DNA of 64,000 bases, from contig NIVC01000138.1 of assembly GCA_002269645.1 (NCBI GenBank), positions 84,442 to 148,441 on the forward strand. The letters run 5' to 3'. Position 1 is the first letter of the stretch. The number at the start of each line of letters is the position of its first letter. The stretch is from Macrostomum lignano (taxonomy: Eukaryota). The notes beneath the pieces are model-generated. The model had not been told where the DNA came from. It ran no database searches and worked only from the letters and a program-made list of their open reading frames with translations. This document shows positions 1-30,614 of this stretch, piece after piece. Made by a program: the position numbers and the translations under genes.

Positions 1-980
1 TGCTATTATAAACATGTCTCTTGACCAGCATACCTGCAGAAACCTGTCTATGACCAGCATACCTACAGAAACCTGTCTATGACCAGCCTACCAACAGAAA
101 CCTGTCTATGACCAGCCTACCTACAGAAACCTGTCTATGACCAGCCTACCTACAGAAACCTGTCTATGACCAGCCTACCAACAGAAACCTGTCTATGACC
201 AGCTACTCTTAGAAACCTGTCTATGACCAGCCTACCTCAGAAACCTGTCTATGACCAGCCTACCTCCATAAACCTGTCTATGACCAGCCTGCTATTATAA
301 ACTGTCTTGACCAGCCATACCTGCAGAAACCTGTCTATGACCAGCATACCTACAGAAACCTGTCTATGACCAGCACCTCAGAAACCTGTCTATGACCAGC
401 CATACCTACAGAAACCTGTCTATGACGCAGCTACCTACATAAACCTGTCTATGACCAGCCTGCTTATCATAAACATGTCTATGGACCAGCCTGCAGAAAC
501 CTGTCTATGACCAGCCTACCTACAGAAACCTGTCTATGACCAAGCCTACGCTCAGAAACCTGTCTATGACGCAGCCTACTCTAGAAACCTGTCTATGACC
601 AGCCTAACTAGAACCTGTCTATGACCAGCCTACTCAGAAACCTGTCTATGACCAGCCTACCTCAGAAACCTGTCTATGACCAGGCCTAACTCTTTAAAAC
701 CTGTCTATGACCAGCATACCTCAGAAACCTGTCTATGACCAGCTACTGCTACATAAACCTGTCTATGACCAGTATCCTGCAGAAACCTGTTCTATGACCA
801 GCCTGCCTACAGAAACCTGTCTATGACCAGCCTGCCTACAGAAACCTGTCTATGACCAGCCTACCTCTAAGCCTGTCTATGACCAGCCTGCTACAGAAAC
901 CTGTCTATGACCAGCCTACCTACAGAAACCTGTCTATGACCAGCCTACCTACAGAAACTGTCTATGACCAGCTACCTCCA
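1..980. repeat. ~29-bp minisatellite (cagaaacctgtctatgaccagcctaccta)
   Basis: More than 30 imperfect tandem units; the array runs off the left edge of the window. Confidence 0.95.
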
Positions 981-1815
981 GAAATATTAGCAAAAAAGCA
1001 ACACAAGAAGCCGCAGTCGCGTGGGTTTCAGGACTGGCAGCGTGTATTTTTATTAATCCAAAAGATGTTTTAACGCGCAAAAGAAGCCTACAGTGTTTTT
1101 ATAGTAGTGCAGTAGTGCTCTTGCAGGAGAGAATAGAATTGAAGAACAAACAAACAAAAGAGAAGCCAGTTAATAGTACCAGTCTAGATATTTAATAGCG
1201 TATTTAATAAATAATGTGAGGCTTAATAAGACAGACGCTCCAAGGATCGCACAGTGTTCTAAATTTAAATATAGGGCTTGTTTCTTTAACGGACGCACGG
1301 CAGACCGTAAATAACTACTTCACATAAACGTGTATGAATTAATATACATATTTATATTAAAGTACAGAATGTACTGTTGAGAAAAAGAATTTTCAAAGAG
1401 ACAAAAAAACTTACCCTAAAAAACAAATCCAGCAAGATTGGTTGGTTAAAAAAACAAATAAGACCACACCAAAGCTTTTTGATAGTAAGTATAATCAAGG
1501 ATAATAAAACAATTTAGTGATGCTTATATATGATTAAAGTATATTAAAGCAACAGTAACCAGCAACGTTAACGCAAAAGCGACACGACGGAGACAAAACC
1601 AAACGGTGCAGAGAAGTTCGGAGCAAGAGCTAGGGGGGGGGGACGCAAAAGAAGTTTATTGATATTTTTAATTGTTAAAGCATTGACGTCCAAATTTTCT
1701 CCAAGCCTTAAAACGGCAACTCAAATTTTAAGTTAAAAATGTGCGCATTTTTACTATCAGTAGAGTTAAGCGCACATTTATTGTATTATTTTTAATGAAA
1801 CAACTGGATAAGGCC

Positions 1816-2622
1816 CTAGACACTAAGCTGCTGCTGCTGCTGGCGCAGCGATAATTGCCGACGGCTTGAGAAAATTTGGCGACACATGCTAACTAGAAAT
1901 CGAGCTTCGGTTTCCGCCGCTTTAACCCGGTTAGCTAGGGCGTCGACGCTCGATTGTAGTTCGCTGCGCTGCTGATCGACAACGGAATCGCCGAGTCGCT
2001 GCTTCAACCGGTAGCGATAGGCCGCCTCCCGGTTGGCCTCCTTCTTCTTCTGCACTCGGCCGCCGCCGCCCGAAGCCACTGGCTGATCGGACTTTGGCTT
2101 CTTCGACATCTTGGACGATTTCGTCGATGCCGCCGAGGATCGCGACGACACCGTTGATGGACTCGGCGAATTCGGCGACTGCATTGTCGTTGTCGAGTAG
2201 CTCATAGGCGGACTCGACGATGCGCTGTCCTCCTCTAAAGTTTCAACACCGACGGTGGAGGGTTCAGCGCCGTCCAGCAGGTGCAGCATCAAGCAGTCGT
2301 CTTCGGGACTGAGCAGCTGTTGCAGCAGCAACTCGTCGACTTGTTGATCGTCAGCCGAAGCATCGGCTTCAATCAGAGCGATCGTCGGCTCAATGACCGG
2401 CAGTTGAAGCGTCTCAATAAAAGCATCAAATTCTGCGTCGTCCGTCGCCTCCGCTCCCGATTCGAACTCCGCACCACCGCAGGCAAGCTCCGCTGGCCAG
2501 CCGACGCCTCCGACGCCCCCGGCGCTGCTGAAGAAATCAGCAGCGTCGACGACAGTCGAAGGCGGAGCCGCTGGCGCGGTGGAAAACCCCGCGTCCGCCT
2601 GTTGTAGCAGCAATTCTAGCAT
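1816..2622 (-). CDS. ATF4: ATF4/ATF5-like bZIP transcription factor (single coding exon, ~268 aa)
   Basis: C-terminal basic region KKKEANREAAYRYRLKQR plus a leucine zipper, like the ATF4 KKMEQNKTAATRYRQKKR motif; acidic and Ser-rich N-terminal half. First ATG at 2622 (the ORF track starts at a TTG at 2631). Confidence 0.75.
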   Translation of the reverse strand: MLELLLQQADAGFSTAPAAPPSTVVDAADFFSSAGGVGGVGWPAELACGGAEFESGAEATDDAEFDAFIETLQLPVIEPTIALIEADASADDQQVDELLLQQLLSPEDDCLMLHLLDGAEPSTVGVETLEEDSASSSPPMSYSTTTMQSPNSPSPSTVSSRSSAASTKSSKMSKKPKSDQPVASGGGGRVQKKKEANREAAYRYRLKQRLGDSVVDQQRSELQSSVDALANRVKAAETEARFLVSMCRQIFSSRRQLSLRQQQQQLSV

Positions 2623-2746
2623 GGCTGACAAACTGCTGTTCTTTCTGGTCAGATACTATTGGCAATATAAAAGATATTGGTTGGTATTCTAACAGCTGGT
2701 ACTGTTGAATTGAAGATATCGATTGATAGATCGTAAAGGACGCCAT
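2537..2746 (-). promoter_or_regulatory. Upstream ORF (69 codons) overlapping the ATF4-like start out of frame
   Basis: ATG at 2746 in strong context (gccaagATGg); overlaps the main ORF by 86 nt and stops at 2537. A 2-codon uORF (ATG GAA TAG) lies at 2873-2865. Confidence 0.6.
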
Positions 2747-2984
2747 CTTGGCTTGTTGAAAGGCTCGGAGCCTGCGCTGATTTAGCGAAAGAAGAAGAAT
2801 TTTGTTGCTTGGTTTGTACGGCTGCACCGGAGTGCGTTTAGCTTGGGGAGCTGGCGGCGATTGGCTATTCCATGGCATCAATGGGTGGCGTGGGAAACTA
2901 TGCATAGTTTGATGCGCGATTGTATTAAATTATACCAATTAAAGGGCTTGTTCCTAAGAGTGCGTACATTTGGGGTAGAGAGAT

Positions 2985-3770
2985 TGGTCTGGAGAGTGTG
3001 TACATTAAGGGTAGAGAGGTTGGTCTGGAGAACGTGTACATTAAGGGGTAGAGGTTGGTTTGGAAAGTGTGTAGATTAGAGGTAAAGAGGTTGGTCTGGA
3101 GAACGTGTACATTAAGGGGTGGAGGTTGCTCGGGAGAGTGTACATTAGGGGGTAGAAAGGTTGGTTTGGAGAGTGTGTACATTAGGGGGTAGAGAGGTTG
3201 GTCTGGAGAGTGTGTACATTAGGGGGTAGAAAGGTTGGTCTGGAGAGTGTGTACATTAAGGGTAGAGAGGTTCGTCTGGAAAGTGTGTACATTAAGAGTA
3301 GAAAGGTTGGTCTGGAGAACGTGTACATTAAGGGGTAGAGGTTGGTTTGGAAAGTGTGTAGATTAGAGGTAAAGAGGTTGGTCTGGAGAACGTGTATATT
3401 AAGGGGTGGAGGTTGCTCGGGAGAGTGTACATTAGGGGGTAGAAAGGTTGGTTTGGAGAGTGTGTACATTAGGGGTAGAGAGGTTGGTCTGGAGAGTGTG
3501 TACATTAGGGGGTAGAAAGGTTGGTCTGGAGAGTGTGTACATTAGGGGTAGAGAAGTTGGTCTGGAGAGAGTGTACATTAGGGGTAGAGAGGTTGGTCTG
3601 TAGAGAGTGTACATTAGGGGGTAGAAAGGTTGGTCTGGAGAGTGGGTACATTAGGGGTAGAGAAGTTGGTCTGGAGAGTGTGTACATTAGGGGTAGAGAG
3701 GTTGGTCTGTAGAGAGTGTACATTAGGGGGTAGAAAGGTTGGTCTGGAGAGTGGGTACATTCAGGGGTAG
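2985..3770. repeat. ~36-38-bp G-rich minisatellite (tgtacattaggggtagagaggttggtctggagagtg)
   Basis: About 20 tandem units upstream of the ATF4-like gene. Confidence 0.95.
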
Positions 3771-4473
3771 GTTTGAGATGTCCTGAATATTAAGACACGT
3801 ACATATTACAAGTTAAATACCCTAGAAAGTCTATAATCAATGTATACGCGAATGTATTTAATAAAAGGAATGTCTCAATTCATTGTTTTTAGAGGTTACA
3901 AAAATGCTATTAAATAAATGGTACTAAACATTTGGAAATGAATACACAAGACAGTGAGTGAGTATTATAACTAAAAGAGGCTAACCTGTAAGTTACGTGT
4001 AAAACACAAGAGTATTAGCAGCAACTACTAGGCTACTAGAAAAATTGCATCTGAAAAGAAGACAACAAAACAACAAAATTCAAATTGGACGGTGTTTCAG
4101 AAAAAAAACGAATGAATTTTCTGCTCTCAAAAAGTAATAACAAAAAGGCAACCAATAGAGGCTCATGCATATCACAATATAACTGCTTTAGTAGAGCCAG
4201 CTAAACCACTCCCAGGAATGAGGCGAGCCCACAATTCAATATACAGAAAGAATCTGAAAGAAAGCTAAATAACGATCGGAACTGATAATCTCTATCATAT
4301 ATATAAAACAATGCTAGCTACGAATTTTACGAAAACGAAGGCAGAGTTCCACTGATCCAGCCAATGGATTTTGCAAAAAGTTATACTCGCGAAAGCTACT
4401 AAAAGTAGCGAAAAAGCTTTTTTGCCTAATTTCAGGCTAGACAGAAAAAGAAAAAAATTACGAGCAGTTAAAA

Positions 4474-23831
<19,358 letters not shown>

Positions 23832-24214
23832 TCGATCTTCTTCTGCGTGAGTTCTTCTTTGCCGCGCTCAATTTACTCTGCTAATCTTTCTCTGTCTCTT
23901 TCTTGACGAACGAGTTTTGCTTTTATTAAGCATGAGAGAACATTGACAGAATGAATATCATTAGATTGGCACTCTTACACCCTGATCTCTAGGACCCTCT
24001 AGGACCCTGATCGCTACGCAATTACATCAGGGTAAACTATAGAGAGTTCAGCTTAATTTGCCACCAGCTCACGGTAAGCTGCCCTGTGGGGTACCTACTG
24101 CAAGAAGCCTATTCAACTGCATACTAACCGCGGCTAACTCAGCTTAACTTGTAATTGCTCAATAGCAGTAGCACAGATAATATACATGCATAATAGCAAT
24201 AATTTATTACACCT

Positions 24215-24680
24215 GCCCTAATAGGGCAGCAACCGACAGCTCAGCCGCAGCTATTGCGCGGCGCATCTGAAGGCTGCGTACGGCTGTTCAGTCCAAGGAC
24301 TGGGGGGTCACCACACACAGCCTTAATTATCCCAGCTAATGCTGGCACCCATTTTACAGCTGGGTGAACTGAAGCAATGGATAAATAATCAGCGGTCCCA
24401 GTGCGTGACAACGATTGTCTGGCGAGCGCCGGTAGGCGCGAGCCATAGACAAATCGTTGTCACGTGCTGCGACCGCTGATTCTTTGCATTGCTTTTCTGT
24501 TTGACGATCCTACAGACAATGCATTGTTTGTAGTAATGGATTGTTCTGCATTAAAAATGTGAATAATGATCGTCAAATTGCTAAACAATGCAGAGTTAAG
24601 TGTCTTGCTCATGGATTGAGAATGATTGACAGTGTCTTAGAATGAAATGAATGTTCGATTCAGATTAACTAACAGATTTT
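24215..24680 (-). mobile_element. CORE-type SINE relic interrupted by a palindromic insert
   Basis: The minus strand reads ccatgagcaagacacttaac ... tgcttcagttcacccagctgtaaaatgggtgccagc, resembling the CORE domain, once the ~200-bp insert (24381-24589) is removed. Confidence 0.5.
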
Positions 24681-25442
24681 ATGACACGTCAGATTCTTAA
24701 TGGGTTTTGGCCATAGACAAAATTATCTTACTAAGAATACTTTAAGGTCGCACCCAATTTCCAGCCGAACAGAGTCGATTTCGCAAACGCGTCGTCAGTA
24801 ATCTGGAGGAAGAGGGTTTACGCACGCACAGGAAACAAAATCTGTTTGACTTGAATTATACTGCTCTTCCAGGCCCAGGGGTCAGTAGAGTCCATAAAGT
24901 AGGGATAGGGATAGTCATATAGGGATCGGACCATAGGGATCGGACTACTTAGCAACTATAGATAAGTAGTATAAAGTGAGTCCGACTGAATCTGAGATTT
25001 CTGACGACTTTATTTGATTGGAGTTTTCGGACTTACATGTAAAATTAATCATATTCGAGTATAAAGTGGTAGTTTGATTAGTTGCAAGAAAAACTGTGTT
25101 AGAAATGTTTAAAAAATCGAGAATGACTCGATGATGAAATGACTCGAGAAGCATGACAATTTGTTTCGAATTGTCAATGCCAACCGACCTCAACTAGCTT
25201 CAGTTTGCCAGTAAGTGGCGTCGCAGTGGGGGCGGAGATATTTGTATAATACTACTTATATTTTAGAATCTACGAGCTATAATTACACAAGTCAAAAATC
25301 CAAGCTCGGCTGGACCCTTGTAAAGAGCATGGTCTATAAAACTGTCTTATCTCAGCCACAGAGTACACACTTAAATTACTGTTCTTGTCCACCTTGAAAG
25401 CCATTTACCACAACAAATAGTTAGAAGAAAAAAGGCAACAAT

Positions 25443-26069
25443 TCAATTATTGAAGGCCGGATTATCGAACCCGCCTCGGACAGCGCCAGCAACAGGCGAT
25501 CCACCGCCAGGCGCGGGGGAAGCAGAAGCTACCGACGCCGCCGCCGACAAGGCCGGCGATCCGACGCGCAGTTCTAAAAATCGACTACGTCGACGTTGCG
25601 CCGCCAAACGAGCGGCAATCCTAGCCGTTGTGCTGTCAATCGACGTGTCAGACGATGACGCCATAGACGAAGAGTCGCTCTCATCGCCGTCCTCGTCGCC
25701 TTCGTCAACAACTTCGTTGCCGTCAACGTCGGTGGCGGCAGCAAAGGACGAGGCGCCAGTTGAAGCATGCTCAACAGTGACAAGAACCGATGGATTTGAA
25801 TGACCAACCGTGGAGCCGGCGGAGGCTGCACCAAACTGATGCTGGGTGGTTTTACGATGCCGACGCTTTCGATGCCGACTTCTACAGGCCCGACAGGCGA
25901 TGACGCCGCAGTGAATTATAACAGTTAGCAACAGCAGGCCAGCCAGGGTGCCTAGCAGCATAAACACTGCTATGATTGGATCGCCGCTCTCCAGCTCGGC
26001 TGTGTACGGCGCACCGTCCGACTCTGGATAAGTGGCGTCGCAGCTTAGCCAGGACTGACTGCCGCCCAT
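25443..26069 (-). CDS. Uncharacterised single-pass membrane protein (~208 aa)
   Basis: GC-rich ORF from MGGSQS; hydrophobic helix IIAVFMLLGTLAGLLLLTVIIHCGVIAC, then basic RHRKRRHRK and an acidic/Ser-rich tail. A donor-like gtgagtaag at 26153 suggests an upstream exon. Confidence 0.65.
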   Translation of the reverse strand: MGGSQSWLSCDATYPESDGAPYTAELESGDPIIAVFMLLGTLAGLLLLTVIIHCGVIACRACRSRHRKRRHRKTTQHQFGAASAGSTVGHSNPSVLVTVEHASTGASSFAAATDVDGNEVVDEGDEDGDESDSSSMASSSDTSIDSTTARIAARLAAQRRRSRFLELRVGSPALSAAASVASASPAPGGGSPVAGAVRGGFDNPAFNN

Positions 26070-26578
26070 CCGCACCGATGAAACCTTGGCACTATTAGAC
26101 TCTCGAATGTGCTTCTTCTTTGTGTGTGTCAAATGCTGTTCCTTCTTACTCACTTTCTCTCCCTAGGCCAGGCCTTCGTCAAGAGTTTTTTATTTATTTT
26201 ATTTTGTCCGCCCCTTCCGGTGAGTAGCAAACAGAAAATTTATGACAACGCTAACGCGGTGTATTTTATGTGTATAAATTTATATACAGAAACTGAAATC
26301 ACTTTGCCAGAACAAAAACAGAATCTCTGCTGCTATAAGGCGAGGGAAGAGAATAAGGCTCTGCAAGATCTGTGCAAGGACACTACACAGTAAGAGGATT
26401 ATTTTGCTTCTTCGTTTTCCCAAATCCACCCCAGAAAGAATCCTGGTTGGCCACGACTCAGCCTTCCTGAATACTCTGTTTTAAGCTGAGATTAGAGTTT
26501 GAGACGAAACGCGACCAAAAAAAATAATCTTCCAGCTGGTGAAAGCGGCTTAATTAATCGATACTCAATCAATACTTC

Positions 26579-27341
26579 AATAAATATAGCATTTTGCAGC
26601 CCATTTGGGCTTACGCGCATTTAATTTAATCCAAGATACGTTTGCCAATGTAACAGAGCTTTTGTCTATGGTAGCAAGGCTGGCGCAGCGGCATTTAATT
26701 TGGTCCAAAAAGCATCAATTTGGTCCAAACACTCGTGAGCCATTGGACAAACTCTTGCCTTCTCTCAACCGTCTGCAGGTTGTTGCACACCGCTGGAATG
26801 TCAGCGTCTCTACCAAAAATTTTCAGTTGCTTTTCCAGAGCTCTGCTGATAGTCGAAATCTGATAACCAACTGGAGCTGTTCCCTCAACTTCTGCTGCAT
26901 TTTCTGAAACGTCAACAAAGGGTTCGTCTCCACTGCATCGAGTAGCAGTTGGACCTGAGGCTCTCGAGCAACTTTCCTTGGCGATTGCCACCCTTTCGCA
27001 GGCAATCTCTGCCGGCAGAGTTTCAACGCGCTGCTGGATGCTGTAAACCACCTTTTCTTTTACATTCAGCAACCTTGCAATGTCCTTTGGGTGTTCACCT
27101 GCGTCGAGTGCTTCGATCACAAGCCAATGACATTCGTTCAATAGCCTAGCATATGGTCCACAATTCTGGGACCGAGCTGCAAATGAACTAAATGGATCAA
27201 ACTGATGCTTGTTGGACCAAATTAAATGCCGCTGTGCCAGCCTTGCTACCATAGACAAAAGCTCAATTACTTTGACAAACATATCTTGGATTAAATTCAA
27301 TGCGCGTAAGCCCAAATGGGCTGCAAAAAGCTATATTTATT
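26579..27341 (-). mobile_element. Non-autonomous IS630/Tc1/mariner derivative with ~140-bp TIRs and a frameshifted HTH-only transposase relic
   Basis: 26579-~26725 is the inverted match of ~27190-27341. Internal frames give LVIEALDAGEHPKDIARLLNVKEKVVY, LLDAVETNPLLTFQKMQQKL and ISTISRAL (bipartite HTH); no DDE domain. Confidence 0.8.
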
Positions 27342-27759
27342 CAACAAGCCGAAGCTCTAGCCGTAAAAAGAGGGTATTAATTTACGCTACAAACTCCAAA
27401 GAATGACCAAACAGACTAGATAAATCAATTCAATTCGTTTCTTCTACCCAGTAGGAATTGGAAATTGCTCTTCTTAGTGTGAAAAGAGCACTCATTATAA
27501 GCAGTTAATGTAAAGTTCGTTGGACTCCTTCACTTTCCGAAGTCATTTGGAATTAACGGGCGGAAGAATATAAAACTTAATGCATTTCTACTGCTGAACT
27601 CTTTGAACTTTTCTGCATGGGTCTTTAACCGGTTTTAGAGTTCTTTAGTGGCAACCTTCTCCAGGAAATTCTTCGGAAACTAAGTGAGCCATGGGAAATC
27701 TGTGAGCGATTTTAGGGCATTCTAGATTCTAGGAGACACTTGTGAGCGACTATGGGAAA

Positions 27760-28660
27760 TTTGATAGTCATTCTTCGGGAAATTTGTGAGCGATTTCAAG
27801 GGATATTTGTGAGCGATTCTATGTGACATTTGTGAGCGATCCTATGAGAAATTTGTGAGCGATTCTTTATGAAATTTGTGAACGATTCTGTGATATTTGT
27901 AAGCGATTTTAAGGAAAATTTGGAACGATTCTATGTGAAATTTGTAACCGATTTTAAGTAAAATTTGTGAACTATTCTATCTGAAATTTGTATGCGATTT
28001 TAATGAAAATTTGTGAACTATTCTATCTGAAATTTGTATGCGATTTTAATGAAAATTTGTGAGTGATTCTATGTGAAATTTGTATGCGATTTTAATGAAA
28101 ATTTGTGAGTGATTCTATGTGAAATTTGTATGCGATTTTAATGAAAATTTGTGAGTGATTCTATGTGATATTTGTATGCGATTTTAATGAAAATTTGTGA
28201 GTGATTCTATGTGATATTTGTATGCGATTTTAATGAAAATTTGTGAAAGATTCTATGTGATATTTGTATGCGATTTTAAGGAAAATTTTTGAGCGATTCT
28301 GTGTGAAATTTGTGAACAATTCTATGTGAAATTTGTGAATTATTCTATGTGAAACTTGTGAACGATTCTATGTGACATTTGTGAACGATTCTATGTGAAA
28401 TTGTGAATGATTCTATGCGAAAATTGTGAACGATTCTATGTGAAATTTGTGAATGATTCTATGTGAAATTTGTATGCGATTTTAAGGAACGTTTGTGAGC
28501 GATTCTATGTGAAATTTGTGAACGATTCTAAGTGAAATTTGTGAACGATTCTATGTGAAATTTGTATGTGATTTTAAGGAACATTTGTGAGCGATTCTAT
28601 GTGAAATTTGTGAACGATTCTATGTGAAATTTGCATGCGATTTTAAGGAAAATTTGTGAG
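27760..28660. repeat. ~21-22-bp AT-rich minisatellite (gtgaacgattctatgtgaaattt) with dimeric higher-order structure
   Basis: Tandem units seen directly. Confidence 0.92.
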
Positions 28661-28779
28661 CAATTAAACAAGAAGTTCGCTAAATATTACAACAGAAACC
28701 CACGGACTATCAGACTTCAGCGATTAATAAGTACAATTTGGCACAAGTTATAGGAAATTCATCCGGAAATTTTAAATAT

Positions 28780-29067
28780 AATAATAATATGGTAGTAAAT
28801 ACAAGCGCGCCAATACTGTAGGCAGGCACGCACTCATGCATTCGCTCACACAGGGTGTACAGCGGTCCTGAATTTCCAATTCTGTCAGCCATGTACACTC
28901 TCTGTGCCTTTGGTGCTGTTTGGAACTCATGGCTGTGAATCGCACAACAACCCCCTGGCCAATTATCGCGCACACGCAAGCCCCAAATGAATGCGGTCAC
29001 GAACGGAATCGAACCAGGGGCCGTGGCGCGAGAGTCAGATGCGTTCGCCGCTGAGCTGCTCCGCTCC
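28780..29067 (-). mobile_element. tRNA-derived SINE
   Basis: Minus-strand head GGAGCGGAGCAGCTCAGCGG (A box) ... GGTTCGATTCC (B box, 29015-29005); no acceptor-stem closure; body shared with three other loci; (ATT)n-like tail. Confidence 0.7.
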
Positions 29068-29389
29068 TAGTAAAAACAAGTGCCTACTCTCCTTACAAAC
29101 TATTAGCTATCTGTCTAAGAAAAAGTAAAAATGATGAAGAAAACAAACGCAGCAACGTTGCCTAAAAATATCAGATATCAAAGCCGCGTATACTTAAATC
29201 GAGCAACTTATTAGTCATACACAATAAATAATTGAAATGCTTATTTCCAATGCAATAACAATTTCTTTAAAAAATGCTGGGCCTAATTTACCTTGAGCTC
29301 AAACAACATACTACTATTGTTAGTATATGCTTGGCATTAAATAGATTTTTTAATTTATTGAACTTGCTTTCAGCTTAGGGGCGATTCAG

Positions 29390-29660
29390 CGCTGCGGGTT
29401 CTATTCTACGGAGACGATTTTCAATTGCGGTTACTATGGAGACAATTTTTATTCTTGGTTGCTATGGAGACGATTCTGAGTTTTGGTTGCCATGGAAGCG
29501 ATTTTAAGTTGTGGCTTCTATGGAAACGATTTACTGTTCTGGTTGCTATGGAAAAATATTCTGTTCTGTTTGCTTTGGAGACAATTTTCTATCTTGGTTG
29601 CCATGGATGCCGTTACTATGGAAACGATTTACAGTTCTGGTTGCTATGGCGAAGATTTTT
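29390..29660. repeat. Degenerate ~28-bp minisatellite (ttggttgctatggagacgattt)
   Basis: About 8 diverged units. Confidence 0.75.
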
Positions 29661-29674
29661 AGTTTGGGTATCCA

Positions 29675-30581
29675 TTAGATCAACTCTGCCTGCTTCAACA
29701 CGTATTCAATAAAGACCTTAACAAACTCTTCGGGCACATTGGCCACCTTACGCTTGTAAACCTGCCCTGTTATCGGGCATCTCATCTCATTCCAGTTCAC
29801 AGGCACCAGCTTGCTGCCGTGCTGTCCGGAGGCCACAACAACACCGAGCTCGTTCTGGGCGGTGGTCAGCAGATAGGCTCCGTTCTGACCGAGAGTCAGC
29901 ACCCGAGCCTGGACAATGTCGCCGGCTCTGAAACAGTCGGCCAACTCAACTCGATCGCGCTCGGTGGCGCGGACATCCTCTCGGCGAATCTGCGCCTTGA
30001 AGCCGGGATGCAGCTTGACCCGGTTGCAGGCCAGCAGGGTGCAGTGGGCCACCCGGTTGGTAACGCGGACCACCTGGAGTGAATCAGCGTGTTTAATTAA
30101 TGCACTTGCTGCGTTTCGCGGGCGTTTTACAGTTCCTGCAATACTGTCTGTCTGCCTTAGTGTCTGTCTGTCTGTCCGTCTGCCTGTCTGTCCGTCTGCC
30201 TGTCAGTCCGTCTGCCTTAGTGTCTGTCTGTCTGCCTTAGTGTCTGTCTGTCTGTCTGTCTGCCTTAGTGTCTGTCTGTCTGCCTTAGTGTCTGTCTGTC
30301 TGTCCGGCTGCCTTAGTGTCTGTCTGTCTGTCCGTCTGCCTTAGTGTCTGTCTGTCTGTCCGTCTGCCTTAGTGTCTGTCTGTCTGTCTGTCTGTCCGTC
30401 TGCCTTAGTGTCTGTCTGTCTGTCCGTCTGCCTTAGTGTCTGTCTGTCTGTCCGTCTGCCTTAGTGTCTGTCTGTCTGTCCGTCTGCCTTAGTGTCTGTC
30501 TGTCTGTCTGTCCGGCTGCCTTAGTGTCTGTCTGTCTGTCCGGCTGCCTTAGTGTCTGTCTGTCTGTCCGTCTGCCTTAGT

Positions 30582-30614
<33 letters not shown>

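Noticed and set aside
2860-2900. ERSE / C/EBP-ATF element upstream of the ATF4-like gene
   Set aside because: CCAAT- and CCACG-like words are present, but spacing and orientation do not match ERSE (CCAAT-N9-CCACG) or ERSE-II.
28990-29067. Functional tRNA gene
   Set aside because: A and B boxes are present but the acceptor stem does not close, and the sequence continues into a repeated SINE body.
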